From a virus (lineage: Duplodnaviria; Caudoviricetes): a stretch of DNA of 58,245 nucleotides. The notes under the pieces were generated by a model that worked only from the letters and a program-made list of their open reading frames with translations, was not told where the DNA came from and made no database searches. The DNA lies in IMG/VR virus record IMGVR_UViG_3300022868_000022, positions 1 to 58,245 of that record. One strand, written 5' to 3'. The position numbers and the translations under genes are program-made. Shown here piece by piece: positions 58,028-58,245 of the stretch. The stretch's first letter is position 1, and each line of letters opens with the position of its first letter.

Positions 58028-58056
58028 ATAATATCATAGATTTTTTGTTATGTCAA
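58028..58056 (-). promoter_or_regulatory. sigma70-type early promoter
   Basis: TTGACA-N17-TATTAT with extended TG, upstream of rnl2. Confidence 0.75.
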
Positions 58057-58244
58057 TATGAAATATAAAATCTAATTGTTTTTACACCTTCAGGTAAATC
58101 TGTAATATCTATTTCATATCCCTGGGCATTTTCATTAGACCATTCTTTTGGTTCAAAATTTATTTTGAGTGGATATTTTGGATCATTATCTATACCATTA
58201 CCACCAAAATATTTATCAACAATATCAGGCGGATTTATATCACA
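58053..58244 (-). CDS. Hypothetical protein, 5'-truncated by the window edge
   Basis: Open frame ...GYEIDITDLPEGVKTIRFYISY*. Confidence 0.6.
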   Translation of the reverse strand, partial: CDINPPDIVDKYFGGNGIDNDPKYPLKINFEPKEWSNENAQGYEIDITDLPEGVKTIRFYISY

Positions 58245-58245
58245 T

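Noticed and set aside
1-58245. Stop-codon reassignment (TAG/TGA)
   Set aside because: Core genes are intact in code 11; TAG ends gp18 and others at the expected positions

Overview
Very AT-rich segment of a large T4-like (Tevenvirinae-related/jumbo) myophage. 1-34.3 kb is a late/virion region with TATAAATA late promoters. It holds a collagen-like fibre, gp2, gp4, gp15, gp3, sheath gp18, tube gp19, a gp26-like chaperone, a tape measure, gp48/53/27-like, gp5, gp25, gp6 and gp7-like genes. About 25 interspersed genes share a T4-like capsid-targeting leader (M[RK][FL]xx[YF][LI]xE or M[NK]IxxxIxxYLxE). 34.4-47.2 kb (+) carries late sigma gp55, gp47/gp46, uvsX and sugar-modifying enzymes. 47.2-58.2 kb (-) is an early accessory region with Rnl1, Rnl2, a macrodomain, methyltransferases and two candidate ncRNAs. 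The most notable signal is the large putative capsid-packaged, co-injected arsenal. It includes a CCA-adding enzyme split inside its HD domain with a leader on each half, plus a HAD phosphatase, a DHH phosphoesterase, a PD-(D/E)XK-like nuclease and two ART-like paralogues. Other notable signals are a -1 frameshift site in the tail chaperone, a 121-nt tRNA-like RNA with an oversized anticodon region, and a C-terminal tag shared by non-virion proteins. All family calls come from motif recognition by eye; no searches were run.
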